Origin: Adineta vaga
Lineage: Eukaryota > Animalia > Rotifera
DNA: 64,000 nt
Reading direction: 5' to 3'
NCBI GenBank assembly: GCA_021613535.1
Contig: CP075496.1
Location: 3,658,001-3,722,000 of the forward strand
Part shown: positions 50,247 through 64,000 of the stretch, in pieces
How positions within the stretch are numbered: position 1 is the first letter of the stretch
How the letters are laid out: the number at the start of each line of letters is the position of its first letter
Program-made: the position numbers and the translations under genes
Notes under the pieces: generated by a model
The model's database searches: none
The model's input: the letters and a program-made list of their open reading frames with translations, nothing else
What the model was told of the DNA's origin: nothing

Positions 50247-51453
50247 AGAAGGTAATCAATATTTGTGTACAGTGAAATGAAAATATATTTATATATCAAT
50301 GTGCTATTTTGTTTTTTTTTCCAATCGATTTTCATTTTGTTATGATTTTATTGTATTGTTCCTTTTTTTTTTAAGAAAAAAGAAAGGTGTAAAGCTTCAC
50401 ATATGGGTCTTATATTATAAGCATATAGAATATGGATTGTTTTTCTCTTTCTTTTCTAATTTCGACAAAATAATCGATCGGGTAAGATTGTTTATTTCAG
50501 AAATATGTTTAGTGGATTAAAACAAATCCGGGAGAGAGTATGTTTTGGTAAGCATTTGTTTTCTTTTTCTTGAAAAGTTTGTTTGTTTGTTTGTTTTTTC
50601 ATTGAAAATAACATCTCTTTTTTATTCCTTAAGATTCATATTCATAATGTTGCTTTTCATGAAACAATAATCGTAAGTTGATTAATATACAATGAAATTC
50701 TTAGCTATGCTATCTAACTGCTTTGAGTTCTTCTAATCAAATGAGACAAATATTTTTCATTATCAAACGATCGTATAGGATCTACTTTACAATAAATAGT
50801 TCTTGATGAGTGTTTATAAGACAAAAGCTAAGGTAATGGAACTAATTCATTGTTAATATACACCGTAAACTTTATCTAGAAGAATCAAACAATGAATTTG
50901 AGTTTGTATGTGTTTTTCAGAAATTGAATTAATTATTTTTTTCTTTTCTATTTTAGTTTACATTTATAATTTGACTTTTTTTCCCCTTCTGAACAAATTG
51001 TTTATCTAAAATCTAATATTTTCATGAAAACTATGAAAACATCAAAATATAGGAATGCAAGTTTCTCGATATACTTCGTTAAGAGAAAGTAAACTGTCTC
51101 TATATATAAGTCTTCTATGGGATATGTCATTATAGAGCAGTTTTAATTAAAACTACTCGTAGCTCTGAATGATTGTATAACTTAATGTATATTAATATAT
51201 CTTTTTCTATAAAATTTTATTTTTTGTTTTCATTTCTTGTTCAAGATAATATTTTTTTTCTATTTTGAATTGTCAATTTATCTGTCTTTCAAAGGGGAAT
51301 AGTTGTATATTGGCCTAATCTAGACTCGTGTTTTGATATTTTTCGAGGTAAATTAAAAGTGACTTTTGTTTTGCGAAACATCAATCATTTTATTTATTTA
51401 TTCTAGTCATTTCCCCATTCCAATTAAATAATTTCAAATCAAATCAAGCTCCC

Positions 51454-54400
51454 ATGGCTGTCAAAGATGATTATCAAGATTTTAAAAATGCGTTAGAAGA
51501 TTTAAAACTCAATAGTAAACCACTAATTAATTTTTTAACAATACTTGCTGAAGAAAAAGTACATAATGCACCGCAAATTGTACGCGCTATCGAAGAACGT
51601 ATACTTGAAGTATGTAACAATAAATTTCTTTTTCTTTTATTCAATAAAAAAATATGAATTGAACATTATTTTTTAGAGTAAAGGTGATTGCGTTCTACCT
51701 GTATTGTATGTACTTGATTCAATAGTAAAGAATTTACGTTCAAAAATTTATATACAATTGTTTGAAAATAAACTACCTGTCGTCTTTGCAAGTGCTTTCA
51801 ATAAGGTTTGAAGAAGAAACGTGACTTTTAAAGAACAGAAAGAGATTGATGCAAATGATTTTAGGTTGATGAACGTGTACGTTTAGCGATGTTTAAGCTT
51901 CGTCAAACATGGCCATCACACTTCTCAAATGCGGTATTACATAATCTCGATAGTAGAACCCATTACATCGATCCAGCATGGCCGATTACAGCTCGAGTGC
52001 CCGAAGCAAGTCCGTCCACCCCAACCATTCATATCAATCCAGATTTTATTCAACGTGTAAAGAAACTTTACATACATCGCTTTATTTTTTCTTATGCAAT
52101 TTATCTTCTTCTAGAATCCAACAACAACTACCAATCAACAGAAATTACCTGTAAAATCAGATGATCATGTTCGTAGTGGAAATCAAACAACTATGAAAAG
52201 TTCTGAAGTATCATCATCATCGAGAGATGATAGTTATCATATGATACCAATCGATCGAAAAGAAATTGAATCAAATTTACACAAAGAGAGTAATGGTGAA
52301 AATCAATTAAAAGCGAAAAAAGAAGGAAATAGTTCATCAACGAATAGTAAAGAAAGTTCAACAATAGATAAAATGAAATCACACTCAATGGTTAATAACG
52401 AGATTAAGACAGATAATCATGAAGATGATGAGTAAGATTTCCTTGAATTATATGTTAAAAAATTTATCTTGATTTTTGTTTTGGAATATTAAGTGAAGTA
52501 TTGTTTGGTGGAACGGATATCGATTATCGAGATACTGATGTAGCAACACAACAAAAGACAACAACAGCAACGACGACGACGACAAATACAGATATGGATC
52601 GTTTATTTGAATTGAATTCTGAATGTTTTTCATTAGCTGAACAAAAATTTAAATCCAAAGAACTGTCATCAGAAGAATATCAAGCAACATTGAAATTACT
52701 TCAAAATATACTTCAAAGTGAAGTTCATAGATTAACTGTATCAACAAGGTTAGTATTGTTCAATTTTTTCCTTGATTGCGAATTAAGTTTCTGTGATATA
52801 AGAGATAAACTAACTAAATGAATGGATCATAAATATTACATACGGAAAGAGTCTATGAACTACGGTTATAATTCGTTTTAGTACAACTTCATCTGGCATT
52901 AATGGCAATAATCAATCGATTGCAATCGCTTCTACTGCAGTCAATACGATTCCAACATCCAACAATTTATTTCCACAATCATCTCTTCAATTTCCTTCTG
53001 CTCATCCAACAACAACAATAGCAGCAGCTACCACAACACCTTCATTATCAACATTTCCATTTGCTGGTTTCGGTAATGATACTCAACGTCATGCAATGCA
53101 AATTTTAGCTGCTGTTAGCGCTTCTCCATCGTTTGCTTCCCATTATAATATTTTACCATATATTCCACCTTTACCACCAGCTCCACCTCCATTTACTCTT
53201 CTTCCAAATGCATTTCCATCATCTACAACATCTGATCGACTTAGTCCATCCATCAAACGTCCACATGATGATACGTCTATCAATAATCATCATTCTGATG
53301 ATGATTCAAAACGAGCACGTTATGATGGATCATTGACTCGATCACATAATTTTGATGGAGAAAATATTGCAGCTGTACCGTCACTGCTCGATGCAAATAT
53401 CAATACATTAAAAAAGTATACAGATAAAAATTGAATTTGGAATAATTTCTTAATGTTATGATTTTTCTTTTTCTATTCGAAGAAAATATTTGGGTGTTAT
53501 TCAACAATTATATATTGGTAAATATCAATGTCGTGTTTGTGGTCTTCGTTTTTCTGCTAAACAAAAACATCTCTATACACATCATCTTGATTGGCATTAT
53601 TGGCAAAATCGGCAAGCAACAGCATCGCAAGCATTATTAGAAAGTTGTAGAGATTGGTATCCATCTCTACAAGAATGGACAGTTTATGAAGAAAATATCA
53701 ATGAACAAATACGAAATCATCAAATGATGGCAGCACAAAAGCGACATACAAAAGACATTGATCACAAATCTATTATATCCAATGAAGTTGTACCTTGTTC
53801 ATCGAAAGGCAATGGTGATATTGATGATGATGTAAGTTTAGTCAAAGTAGCATTTGCACTCACATATGCGATGGAAGAATTTAAATAAAATCTTTTACTT
53901 CTAGCGTTGTTATGTTTGTCATGATCCATTTGAAAATTTCTTTGATGATAATCGTGAAGAATGGTGTTTGAAAGATGCAATACGTGTTGATGGTAAAACG
54001 TATCATCCAATTTGTTATCAAGATGTAAAATTTCATGTAAATAGACGATTATTATATAGTTTATATTTAAAATTTTTTTTTTCAAATAGGAAACTGATGA
54101 GAAACCATCGACTTCGGATTCTTTAACATTACCAGAACCGTTAATTGATGAAACTAGCAGTCATTCATCAGATTCTCAAGTGGTTGATAATGCCATGGCA
54201 TTTGTGAATATTAAATCTGAAAATGAAGATACATTTGATAAAGATCCATCATCCATATCAGAAGAATCAACAAAACCAAATTATGTATCATCAATGTCAT
54301 TTGTGAATCTTGTAGAAACAATATTTATTAAAAAAGAAGATCTTAAACCAATTGAAAATCTCGATTCTGTAACCATGAATGTCAAAGAAGAATTATTAGA

Positions 54401-54509
54401 TCCAAGAACAAAATCAGACGAAATACCATTTTTATCAATAAAACCTGAAAATGAATGTGAATTTCTGATTGATAGAGCCACCGACAATATTGAAACACTG
54501 TCGGAATAA
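51454..54509 (+). CDS. PCF11: Pre-mRNA cleavage complex II subunit Pcf11
   Basis: CID domain DFKNALEDLKLNSKPLINFLTILAEE..LPVLYVLDSIVKN..MFKLRQTW..IDPAWPI; zinc fingers QCRVCGLRF..HLDWH and CYVCHDPFE..EEWCLKDA..YHPIC. Confidence 0.93.
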
Positions 54510-57026
54510 GATTTTTTTTCTTTGCCTCTCATTTGATTTCTACGAGTTTATTTTTTGCGTATAATGTATGTGTGTTTCTTCATGTGCTCTTATTTTTTAA
54601 ATTGTGCGTGGTATTTGTGCGTACATAAGACTCAAAATAAAGAATATATATATGTATACAGGTTGTATCTTCATTGTCTACGGTTTCCAGTACAATCTGA
54701 ACAAAATATTTATGCTCATAAGTCTGAGAATCTCGTGAATCAGTTTTATTAAGACGTTCATTGTGTACGGATCGTCCCTACGCTCAATTGTATTTTCCTC
54801 TAAATCATCCGGATTTGGCTTCATCCATCTTACAACAACATTGGTTTGATGCATGAAAAAATTTCACACAAGATTTTCATACTTTTCTCTGTACATTAAC
54901 AAAAGTTATTTTAACTTTGAGTTATTTTTTTCCTTTACATAGGTATTATAGGATGAAAAGAAAAGAAATTTTTTTCGAACGAATGAAAACAATATTTTGG
55001 AAAATATTTTTTGAAAATTTCGAAGATTGCTGTCTCTCCCTCTCTTTCTTTATTATTTCAGACGGTAAAATGTCCCTGTCTATTGATGATTAGAATATAT
55101 ATATGTTTGTTTTGAAATACTTATTACAAAAATTTACTGTTCTTCGTAATGGCAGAATAACCGATACGATTCTTTGCGATGGCATGTTAAACATTTCTGT
55201 TTTCCGTCATCCTCTATCGTCTGTAGTAACGATTGGTGGGCATTCTATTCTACTACAATTGATTGAGTAGAAAAGACAACTGGTGAAGATGATGGTATGT
55301 GAATAAAGAATGCCACAGCTATCTGCTTGCATAATATAATTAGTAATTCATTTTTCTTACAAATTTTTTTTCTCTAAAATCATCATATCATCTGATAGTT
55401 TCGTTTTGAATCAGTTTTAAATCTGTTTCTCAATCTAAGACGTTTTTGATCTCCTCCACCATCTTTCACCAACGATCATTTATGCATTATTATGCAATCT
55501 AGTCTCGATTACTTTTGTAAATAATACTATAACGTATAAATTAACATTTCGAGTACGTTGTTTTTTTTTCTCTAAAGAATTTAGGATGTTACTTCGTATT
55601 TGTTAAGTAAATCTTTTCCCATCATGTATCTAATTTGTTTATTAAACTCAAGCAAAAATTTAGAATGAAATTAAAAGTTGCATCTTTGACTTTAAGTTTT
55701 GTTTAGCTATGTTAGGTTCATTCGAAATTATGCATTTGAACCTTCACACATATTTACAATGGCAATTAGACATAACTTCAAGCGCATACTAATGTGTTTC
55801 TGTGTACATGAGATAACCATATAATTATAGTATGCGAAAGGCTTATTTAGATTAATACTTTTCTCTAGGTAAGTTGATACCTCTATGTTTTTGTGCAAAT
55901 AAATCCCTGTATATATCAGTCATTATTGTTAAAAAGAAGGAATAATTTAACATCAACGATATCAGGGAATTTTCTTTTCTTTTCTGTGGAGTAAACTATT
56001 TATATTTTGAGTCTTGAAATCGAGAAATATATTACTTCGTAATTTGTATTATCTTTTTCGATACGCATGCATGATTACAATCATTATATGATTTTGTAAA
56101 TATATGCGTGCAAATATTTATGCTCTCGCTCGACCCACATCATTATTAGTATAAAATAAAAGAATGACGTTCGTTTCATCATCCTTTTTCTCGTTCATTT
56201 CTTGTCATTATCATCGTTCTCAATCTTTGAGTTTTCCATTAATCATTCATTCAAGAAACGGGGAAAAGCTTTTTTTTTCTTCTAAATGTGTAAAAAAAAA
56301 ACTTATTGTATGATGAAGATAAGCATTTGTAAGGTCTAGCTTCATTTTATCACCAAAAACACAAAAGAAATCGATTTTAATAAGTAAAAACAAACTTTCC
56401 TTGGTTTTCTTCCTTTTTTTGTATATTTATCAAAATAATCGAACTTCTCTTGTCTTTCATTCTATCTCATTCATAAGCAATTTTCTTCACGTTGTCTTTT
56501 CTATAAGATTATGAAAAGACTAGTTCTGATGACGGTTTTTCTTTGTCACAATTTTATACTAAGATATGTCATTTGAATACAGAACTGAGATACGTCGACA
56601 GACATCTGAGTACTTGTGAAGAAAAACAGAGCAGATGTTATATTCATCATCTAATAATTAATGTTAAGAAAATATTCTTAGAAAAGGACGATTTGTGACC
56701 TTCCTTTCAACTTTGATAGTTTACCTACAATATATAACAGACCATAAAGCAATGGTCTAACTTGTCATTTTAGAGTAACCTTCGTTTCTTTGATTTTTAT
56801 GCTTTGTTGCATGCTCGCATTTTGTTCATTTTATATAACCATAAAAGTCTTTCACGTGTAAATCATTTTTGAGAATAATGCATGGGAGTATGATGTACGG
56901 ATGCGATACTTCATAAACGTTGTAGTATTACATCATTATGTCTAAGATAAATACATTCTCATACTTCAAACTATGAACATGTGTGAAGTGAAATTTTCTT
57001 TTTCTTTCTAGAGTTGAATTTTAATC

Positions 57027-59440
57027 ATGAAAAAGAATAAAGAAGTTTATGTAGTTAGTGGAACTACTGAGCCAACAAAAGGTAAGAACAATACGATATT
57101 AATCTAAGAGTGAATATAAATAATAACTTTATTTTTACCAATAGCTCCACTTGTGTGTTCAGTACGTCTTCTTCTTGCTTGTTTGGCATTTCTTGGTTTC
57201 TTTCTTTGTTATGCACAACGAAATGGACTCGCGTATGAATTTGATATATTTTCTTAAAAGAAAATTAGCTTCCTGTTTTATGTTTTTTTTTGTTAGAGTT
57301 GGTATTGTTTGTATGGTTAATCCTGCTGCAGATACTTTTAATTTAACACGAAGCAGTGATTCTCCTGTTGTTCATCGTAATATTCCAGCATCATGTCATA
57401 AACATACAATACAACGAACTCGATCTGTAAGCATATGATACTTAATTATAATTAACATTTTATTCAAATATGTATGTGTCACAGGAGAGTCAAGTACTTC
57501 TATGGCCAAAACAAACACGTGGAGTAATTCTTGGCTCGTTTTATTGGGGCTATGCTCTGACGCAAGTTGCATCATCAGTAGCTGTGAATATATTTGGACC
57601 AAAACGTTTTCTTGCATTACTAATATTTATTTCCTCATTCGCTACCATACTCTTACCAGTGTTCTCAAAACTTCATCCATCATTTGTCATTTTATTACGT
57701 GTTGTGGCTGGAGCAGCTCAGGTATAGCTAATAATCTATTTCCTTTTATTGTCTCTTGTTCATGTGAAAGCAGACTAGTCTGATCGTTTGATTCATTATT
57801 GAGAATATTCTTTGTTTTCTCATGGGATTTCTTGCAAGATTTCACTCTTGTCATCGGTGATGCTACTCTTGAGTAATCACTCTTAACTCTCAGCAAAATA
57901 AAGAAGGAAACTTCTTCTTCTTCTTCTTCTATCCGTTTATAACGACTTTCATTACTTCAAAGGGTGGTCTATGGCCAACAATATTTCGTTTTTGGGCATC
58001 ATGGGCACCAGCATCCGAACGAACAACTCTCTTATCTCTTCAATCTTCGGGTAAAATTAATTATTTTACTTTTTGAGACGCGATATAACCTCTATATTTA
58101 GGACCATCCATGGGTACAATCGTTTCATTGATAATTGGTGGCATTTTTTGCACATTCTCATTGAGTGATGCATTACCATTTATATTTCGATATGGTTGGT
58201 CATTCTTCTTCTATCTTCTTGGTAAAAAACGAATAATAGTAACATTGTAGAAAACAATCTAAAATCTGCTTTTTGAATAATTAAGGTAGTCTTGGTGTTG
58301 TTTGGTCAGTTATATGGCTTATTATGGCTAGTGATACACCTGCAACGAATCGAAACATATCAGAAAATGAAAAAGAATATATTCGATCATGTAAAGCTGC
58401 TGAAAAAATTCAAGATGGAAAAACAGTAAGAAGATGCAAATTATTTTCTGAATATTTTTGATTAATTATCTTCTTTACAGAAGACTCCATGGGGAGCAAT
58501 GTTACGATCACAAGGCTTTTGGTGTATACTTATAGCAATGGTTTTCTGTGATTTTGGTCTTTATGGTATGCATATATTGATAAATTTCGTTTAAAAAGCA
58601 CGCAATTTTTTCTCATCCAATAGCTATTTGGGCAGTTGTACCAGAATATATGAACGAAGTTTTATTATTCAGTATTGAAGAAAATGGTTTTCTATCGGCA
58701 TTACCACATGTAGCTAGCTTTATTGTGGTAATATTAACAGGTGGTTTAGCAGATTTTATTATAAAAAAAAAGTATTTATCACGTGTTAATACACGAAAAC
58801 TATTTCATGGCATTGGAACATTATCACCAGCTATATGTCTTCTTTTAATATCATTTCTTGATTGTGAACGTCGATATTTAGCTGTTACCTTATTAATTAT
58901 TGGAGTTGCATTAAAGTAAGAATAAGTAATCATTTGAATAGTTTATTTTTCAAAATTTATTTCAGTGGTTTGATGATGTCAGGAGGATATGTTGTCAACG
59001 TTAGTGATTTTAGCGGTGTTCATTCAGGTGTTGTTTTTGGTATTTGTAATACAGTTTGTAAGAAAAATATATAATCATAAATTCTAAATGAAAATAATTG
59101 CTTTATTTAGCAAGTATTGGTGGATTTTGTGCACCATATATAACAAGTATTATTACAAAAAATGTTTGTATTATATAGTAGATTAAATATAATTTTGTTG
59201 TATACAATTGATTTCTTTTCTTTTTAGAAAACAGCAACGGAATGGAAATTAGCATTTATGCTCTATGCTGCATCATTTCTTATTTCTGCAATAGGATTTT
59301 CTCTTTTAGCTCGTGGTGAAACCGAAGCATGGGCACGTGATGATGTTCATGATGAAAAGATCAATTATGATGTTGATGCAAATAAAGAACTGATGGAAAT
59401 GAACACAGCAGGTGTTGTACCACAAGATGTAGTTGTTTAA
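57027..59440 (+). CDS. SLC17 (sialin/inorganic phosphate cotransporter-like) MFS anion transporter, multi-exon
   Basis: YAQRNGLAVGIVCMVN; W....RGVILGSFYWGY; WAPASERT; GWSFFFYLLG; ISENEKEYI; TPWGAML; ENGFLSALPH; NTRKLF. Confidence 0.9.
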
Positions 59441-60277
59441 AATTGACCAAAACAGTGGTTCTAGAGTTAGTTGGTTTCATTTATTTTCTGCATGTTGTCA
59501 GTCGCAACGCTCAGTCTCCTTTTTTTTGGTTTATCGTACGTTTTTCTCGTTTTTTTTATTCGTTTTATTCTTTATATCTCTCTCGCTATTCTATGGATGT
59601 TTGTGATGCATGTGAACAATAAAATAAAGAACAAATAGAACATTTCATATTCTTCGATTTCTGCCATTCAATTAAGTCATGAATGTCATACTATTGTTAA
59701 GATTTGATCTTCTACGTCTGTCAATCAATGTTTTTCACTTCCATTTGTACTACTTGACAGAAGTGTCAATAATAAATTTTGCTCATTCTTATGAGAAAGA
59801 TACGAATATTGATTGAGAGACCTTGTGCAGTCAACGTTTGTAATATCCGGAATCATTATTCACTTGATTTTAATATGAAAATGGAATTACTATGATGCCG
59901 GAAATATGAACTTGTTCTATTGCTTTAAAGAATTTCCATCATATTCTCATTCAAAAGATAAATAAAGTTTTCATCGAAATAACGAATTATTCGAATTTGT
60001 AATAAATTTAGTGTTTGTCTTTGAAGAGAGAAAAAAAACAGACGACAACAACGATAAATACCAACAACAACAACAAGTACACAAAAACAGATCAGAAAAC
60101 GTTTCTTACATGAATAGTAATATTATATGAAAATTTATATATAGATATATACACAAAGGAGGCATTAAGGTTTATTTCCATTTTTGTCAAAACTGAGTAA
60201 TCCTGAGTTGAACAATGATATTTGCACATAAATATAAAACAAAAAAAAGAAAAACAAAATTGTTCCTGAGATTAAAA

Positions 60278-63200
60278 CTATTTGATGCGTGGAGCGGATT
60301 TATCTCTATCAATCACCGCTTTACGTAATTTTAAACCACGTTGAATTTCAGCAAGTAAACATGAATGAGAATCTGTGGTGGTTGGTGTTGTTGTCGTCAT
60401 TATTGGAGTCGGTTTCAGATTATCGTTGAGTAGAAAATCAGGTGGCGGTGGAGGAAATTCATCTTCGGAAGGATTTGATTGTGAAACAATTGTTGTGTTC
60501 GACATTAATTGTGTTACTGTTGTTATTTGTTGTTGTTGTTGTTGTGAATTGATGAGATCAGCTTGGCCAGCAATTTCTTCAGCACGTTTCAAACGAGCTT
60601 TTAATCGTGATTGTAATTCAACATAACCATTATTAATCTGTGGTTGATGATAATTTGTATTCATGGATGGTGTTCGACGTATGGGTGGTGCTGGTTTTTC
60701 ACCTGGATTCAAAGCAATTGACATTCCTCGACGAAGTGTTTCATTCTTTTGTTGTGGAATCGGTGCATGAGTGCCTGAATAAATTTTATAGGATAATGAT
60801 CTTCTTCTAGAAGAAAAATAACATCAAGACTTACTTTTTGTTAAATATTCATACACTAAACATTTAGAAATATATATTAATAAATTAAAAATCTTTTCAA
60901 AATAAATAAATAACTCACTTTCATCTAAGGTTTCATCGGCAGATTCAAATGATGGTCTACCATAGTAAGTTCCATATTGAGAGGAAGAAACACCACCGTT
61001 CTGACGTGTTCGATCACGCCATACAATTGTTCGTATATCTGGTGCCTTTAATGAGCATATAATCATTTTTAAATATGAAATAGAAGAAATATTCATTTCT
61101 TACATTTGCTTCCGAAGGTAATGTAGAGCTTCGTAAACGTTGGTTTGTATCATCTAAAAACAAATTAAATTTTCTATTTGTGTCATGTTTGAGTCTTTCG
61201 ATTCAGATATTAGATATACTGAAAAAAAACGTTTATTTACCCGGATTTGATCGATTTGTCATCATCGTACCATAATAATCTAATGGAACTGTGGGTGGTT
61301 GAGTAGGTTTGATACGCCCATTGGCAATATTATTATGCATAGTCGATTGATAATTTTGTTCACGCATGGGTGAATGTCTTTCCAAACTTAGATCACGTAT
61401 TCGACATCGCCGCGATGGTATTGAATGTTGACGAGATATTGTTCCATATGGTCCATCTTCAGAAATCTATTTAAAAAATAATCATTGTTTTTTTTCTTGT
61501 TAGTATTATTTAAAAAAAAGAATGAATATATACTGTTATAGTTCGATGATTTGCTTCTTCATAGATTTGCCAATTAGGTTTTTCAAACAGACTAGGCGAT
61601 GGCGGATCGAATGTGTGTGCTGTTATTGCTGGTCGACAAGTTTTTACTAGTTCAGGTGCACCGGTAACTGTTGCTGGATGTTTTCCGTTAAGAGGAACAT
61701 CAGGACGTTTTGCCCAAGCATTCAATGTTGAACAAACGACTAAGAGAGGACTAGAACTACCATCAACTTCACGCTAAACAAGAAGTACATTTGTTATAGT
61801 ATTGGTAGACAAACGCTTGCATATAAAGGCACATACTTCTGCTTCTTCAAGTGGTGAGGGTGGACGTGCAAAGAACTGTTCTTGAGAAGTAAATCCTGAA
61901 TCTTGAGACGATACACTCGATAAACGACTTACAGCAACATTTGACTTGAAAAAAAACAAAAAGAAAAACAAATGAAATTTTTCTCGTTTCAAAACAATAA
62001 CAATATCCTACAGGCATTGACATTGAACGATTTGTATTATTCGAATGACAGAATTGATGTTGAATCGGTATAGGTATTTGTGATTGCATTTGATGTTGTT
62101 GTTGTTGTTGCATTTGATTTTGTTTATGATTTGAACTACGTGAATGATTTGTAGAACTTGATGATGAACTGCTAATACTATTGATTGAACAAACACTGGA
62201 TTTACGTGAACTTAATGAACCTGGTGATGATGGTGGAGTCTAAAGATTTATATTAAATATAATACATTCAAAAAAAACCCAATGATTCCTCTTACTTTAA
62301 ATGCTACAATTGTACTGTAATCAATACCTTTGATATCTTTAATCACCTGTTCACTTGTCGTTGGTAAAGAATGTGGTTCAGCTGTATGCTTGGCTAAACA
62401 TTGAACTAAATCTTCGATATGACTCATTTCTGATGCAAGAGAGACTTCCAATTCCTAGAAAAAAAAATCAAAAATAGATAACCTTGAAAATTTATCATCT
62501 GCAAAATAAAAATATTGTTTCCCGTCGGAAATAACAAAAAATCCATTACATCCGTGAGGAAATTGCTCAGATTCGGAAAGTCTCTTTCGGAATCTGTCTT
62601 TTTCTTGTTACATCCGATGATCGGAAATCTTAATTGAATAGTTTTTAGTCAATTTTTATTTTATTTACCATAACAGGTTTTAATAATGTAAACAATGTAC
62701 AAAATCGACTTCGTTCTTCAATCATTGCTGACCGTAATGCCTGTTTTTCACGTTCTTCTAACATTCCATAATAATTGGAAACTTCTTGAATGGTAGAATT
62801 CAGTTTATTATGTAAAATATCATGTTTCGGTACTAGAAATACAAGTAATTATATTATTAAAATCTTGAAATAATCAAATAGAACAGACATTTTCGACATT
62901 TTTTCTGTAATTTAGTTGTTTCAATTGCTTTCTTTCGTAGTTCATTACGTAATTTTTTATAATCTATATTAAAACAAATTATATAAACAATAAGAAAAAG
63001 ATAAAAAATTAATCAATGAATACCTTTGAGACCTTTTGCATGATCTTTATCTAAAGTATTTGCTGATTTTTTCCATTCTTCAATACGTTCATTCAATGGT
63101 TGAATAAATGTTTCTACTAATGAGCATGTAAATGATTTTAATTTCTGTTCAATTGATTTATGACGTAAAATTAAACGTGTTAATGCAGTACCAATATCTC

Positions 63201-63283
63201 GCGTTGCACCTTTTGTATTTGTTGCTAAATCAGCAATACGTTGAAATGCATCCAAAAATAGACTAAATGTGGTGATAGTTGAT
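60278..63283 (-). CDS. MTSS1: MTSS1/MIM-family I-BAR (IMD) + WH2 protein; 5' exon(s) not identified and probably beyond the window
   Basis: FLDAFQRIADLATNTKGATRDIGTALTRL..LDKDHAK; ALRSAMIEERSRFC; SRLSSVSSQDSGFTSQ; PPIRRTPS; WH2 LLAEIQRGLKLRKAVIDRDKSAPRIK*. Confidence 0.92.
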
Positions 63284-64000
63284 CTAAACAAATACAAAAG
63301 ATAATAATAATTCAAGTTTAATGATGAATGAACACACATGTGTGAAAAACGCGAGTAATGAATGATCAAATCACTTTCATCATGTCAGAGTTTGTAAATA
63401 GAAGCGACAGAAAAGAAAAGTAACTGACATTTGACAAGAAAACGATAAAATATACATTAGACAATGAACATTCGAGGTTATGGTTTATATTAAGAAGACG
63501 AAGAAAAAGAAAAGATAAGAAAGAATTAATATGTAAATGTCAAAATGCCTATTTTTTACATCCTCACGTTTGTCTACCTAGTGTGTCACCTAAGCTGAAG
63601 GGCATATATACAACAAAAGTGACCGCAACACTTTAGTCTTTCTTTTCATTTATATCTCTTAATGAATGTCTAGCTCTTTAACAGTATTGAGCATTAGTAA
63701 TAGTTCAAGTGTTAATTATTTGAAGAGAAAATATTGTGACAGCTGAAGCTAGCTGCTGCGTTTTCCTTCTCTCGCTATCGATGGAAGTCGTTCATCGAAT
63801 ATAACTTCGTTTGTATATATCATTCAATTATCTATTGCTCTTTTCAATGAAGATAAACTGATGCTTCTTATAGACACAAAGACGAGGAATACGCTTTGTC
63901 TGTTATTATAAAAGTACTTCTGTTGAATGTTTTTTTTGTCATTTTGATCAGGCGAATACGATGAGTGTTTCGTGCCTGCGTATATTTTTCTCTTTTACTA

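Noticed and set aside
54640-55330. Slightly GC-richer patches with short minus-strand frames after PCF11
   Set aside because: Frames are under 60 aa and interrupted; possibly a relic, but not supportable
1-64000. Prokaryotic systems (CRISPR arrays, operons, IS elements), tRNA or rRNA genes
   Set aside because: The sequence is intron-rich animal DNA. I saw no repeat-spacer array, transposase ORF or tRNA cloverleaf. The rRNA-like strings near 35 kb are short snoRNA guides.

Overview
This is AT-rich, gene-dense eukaryotic (animal) DNA with many ~50-60 nt GT-AG introns. It is not prokaryotic. The intron style, compactness and the ADP-ribosyltransferase/NHL-repeat gene family suggest a bdelloid rotifer (inference). 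I assembled spliced models by eye, so boundaries are approximate. Conserved genes in order: TULP4, PCYOX1-like, CCDC174, MEF2, RAD17 (with a nested antisense membrane-protein gene), APBB/Fe65, RPL5 (hosting four intronic C/D snoRNAs), DCTN3, DDHD/SEC23IP-type phospholipase, POLDIP2 (with a nested antisense Rab26/37), two tandem compact TAK1-like kinases, PCF11, an SLC17 transporter and MTSS1/MIM. An apparently fast-evolving island lies between CCDC174 and MEF2 (~10.2-18.9 kb). It holds an intact ART-NHL fusion gene, three decayed ART/NHL relics, a ZZ-SAM-coiled-coil gene and a head-to-head pair of small secreted prepropeptide genes that the ORF track only shows in fragments. That pair is the most novel item. 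Both genes carry a propeptide resembling the vitamin-K-dependent gamma-carboxylase recognition site, a Glu-rich Cys loop reminiscent of osteocalcin/MGP, and a C-terminal amidation signal.
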